This document shows, one piece after another, positions 63,499 to 64,000 of a stretch of DNA of 64,000 nt. Position 1 is the first letter of the stretch. The number at the start of each line of letters is the position of its first letter. The notes under the pieces were generated by a model. That model searched no databases. It was not told where the DNA came from and saw only the letters and a list, made by a program, of their open reading frames with translations. This DNA comes from Ilumatobacteraceae bacterium (lineage in GTDB: Bacteria > Actinomycetota > Acidimicrobiia > Acidimicrobiales > Ilumatobacteraceae), in NCBI GenBank assembly GCA_963828415.1, contig CAWHEI010000015.1:180285-244284 (forward strand), read 5' to 3'. A program made the translations under genes and the position numbers.

Positions 63499-63506
63499 GA
63501 AATCGG

Positions 63507-64000
63507 TCAGACGGTGGCGGGGTGGCGCTGTTCGCGCTCGATCCACGAGTCGAGGGCGTCACTCGACTCGAAGCTCGTGATCAACGCGTAGCGCGAGGCA
63601 GTGCCGTTGTGGACCACCACATGCCAGAGACGCTGGGTGTCGACCACGAACCGGGCGCCCTTGTGCAGCGGCACGCGCTGCTCGGTCGACGGGTCGGGCA
63701 GACCGTCGGGGCCGTTGTCCATCAACAGCATGTAGCTGTCGGGGTTGTCGGTGAGTTCGATCCACGAACGCACGACCCAACCCTCGTCGTCGGGATTGAA
63801 GCGGTTGTTGTCGTCGCGGTGGATCGACTTCATCGCTTCCTCTCGGTCCTGGGGCTCGAGCTTGATGATGCGCACGCGACCGAAGTTCGCGCCGACGTCG
63901 TCGACGTAGTGGCGGATCGTCGGCGCGATCTCGGCGTTCGAGGTCCACAGGGCGTCCTTGTCGGTCTTGCCCTTGTCCCAGAACCCGCGGCAGTCGAGTT
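63507..64000 (-). CDS. cupin-type oxygenase-like protein (Asp/Asn beta-hydroxylase-like), partial (5' end beyond the right edge)
   Basis: The frame is open from the right edge to stop 63507. It reads ...WTSNAEIAPTIRHYVDDVGANFGRVRIIKLEPQDREEAMKSIHRDDNN...PLHKGARFVVDTQRLWHVVVHNG. The family call is tentative. Confidence 0.55.
   Translation of the reverse strand, partial: LDCRGFWDKGKTDKDALWTSNAEIAPTIRHYVDDVGANFGRVRIIKLEPQDREEAMKSIHRDDNNRFNPDDEGWVVRSWIELTDNPDSYMLLMDNGPDGLPDPSTEQRVPLHKGARFVVDTQRLWHVVVHNGTASRYALITSFESSDALDSWIEREQRHPATV

Noticed and set aside
1-64000. Prophage, integrative element, IS/transposase, tRNA or rRNA genes.
   Set aside because: No integrase, transposase, phage structural or replication motifs were recognised in any frame. 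No cloverleaf-like or rRNA-like sequence appears in the intergenic regions. Gene content is core-chromosomal throughout, apart from the small AbiEi/DUF559 cassette.

Overview
A 64-kb, roughly 70% GC chromosomal segment whose gene content points to Actinomycetota: mycothiol mshA, SigH/RshA, rex-hemACD and hemBL, and proC. From memory, the order resembles the mycobacterial Rv0486-Rv0524 neighbourhood. I call about 65 protein genes. They include a group 3b-type [NiFe] hydrogenase operon with an embedded Crp-like beta-barrel gene, a PhnY*/PhnZ-like oxidative phosphonate pair, and a 1275-aa tandem-cyclase/STAND NTPase chained to a flavoprotein and an acetoacetate-decarboxylase-fold protein. Others are an arylsulfatase, the heme cluster, a complete mrpABCDEFG antiporter, a meaA-like B12 mutase and an AbiEi/DUF559 gene. 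I saw no rRNA, tRNA, CRISPR, IS element, integrase or prophage. Non-coding structure is dominated by three families of intergenic hairpin repeats (A, B, C) in tandem or paired arrays. Candidate Rex and CRP-type operators are also present. Caveat: at least four genes (hydrogenase beta, epimerase, DUF62, aat), and possibly an Rpf-like gene, need a single-base frame change to give the full-length family protein, mostly at short G/C runs. This suggests assembly indels, so pseudogene calls are tentative. Most long alternative-frame or antisense ORFs in the track are high-GC artefacts. All family assignments come from motif recognition by eye; no searches were run.
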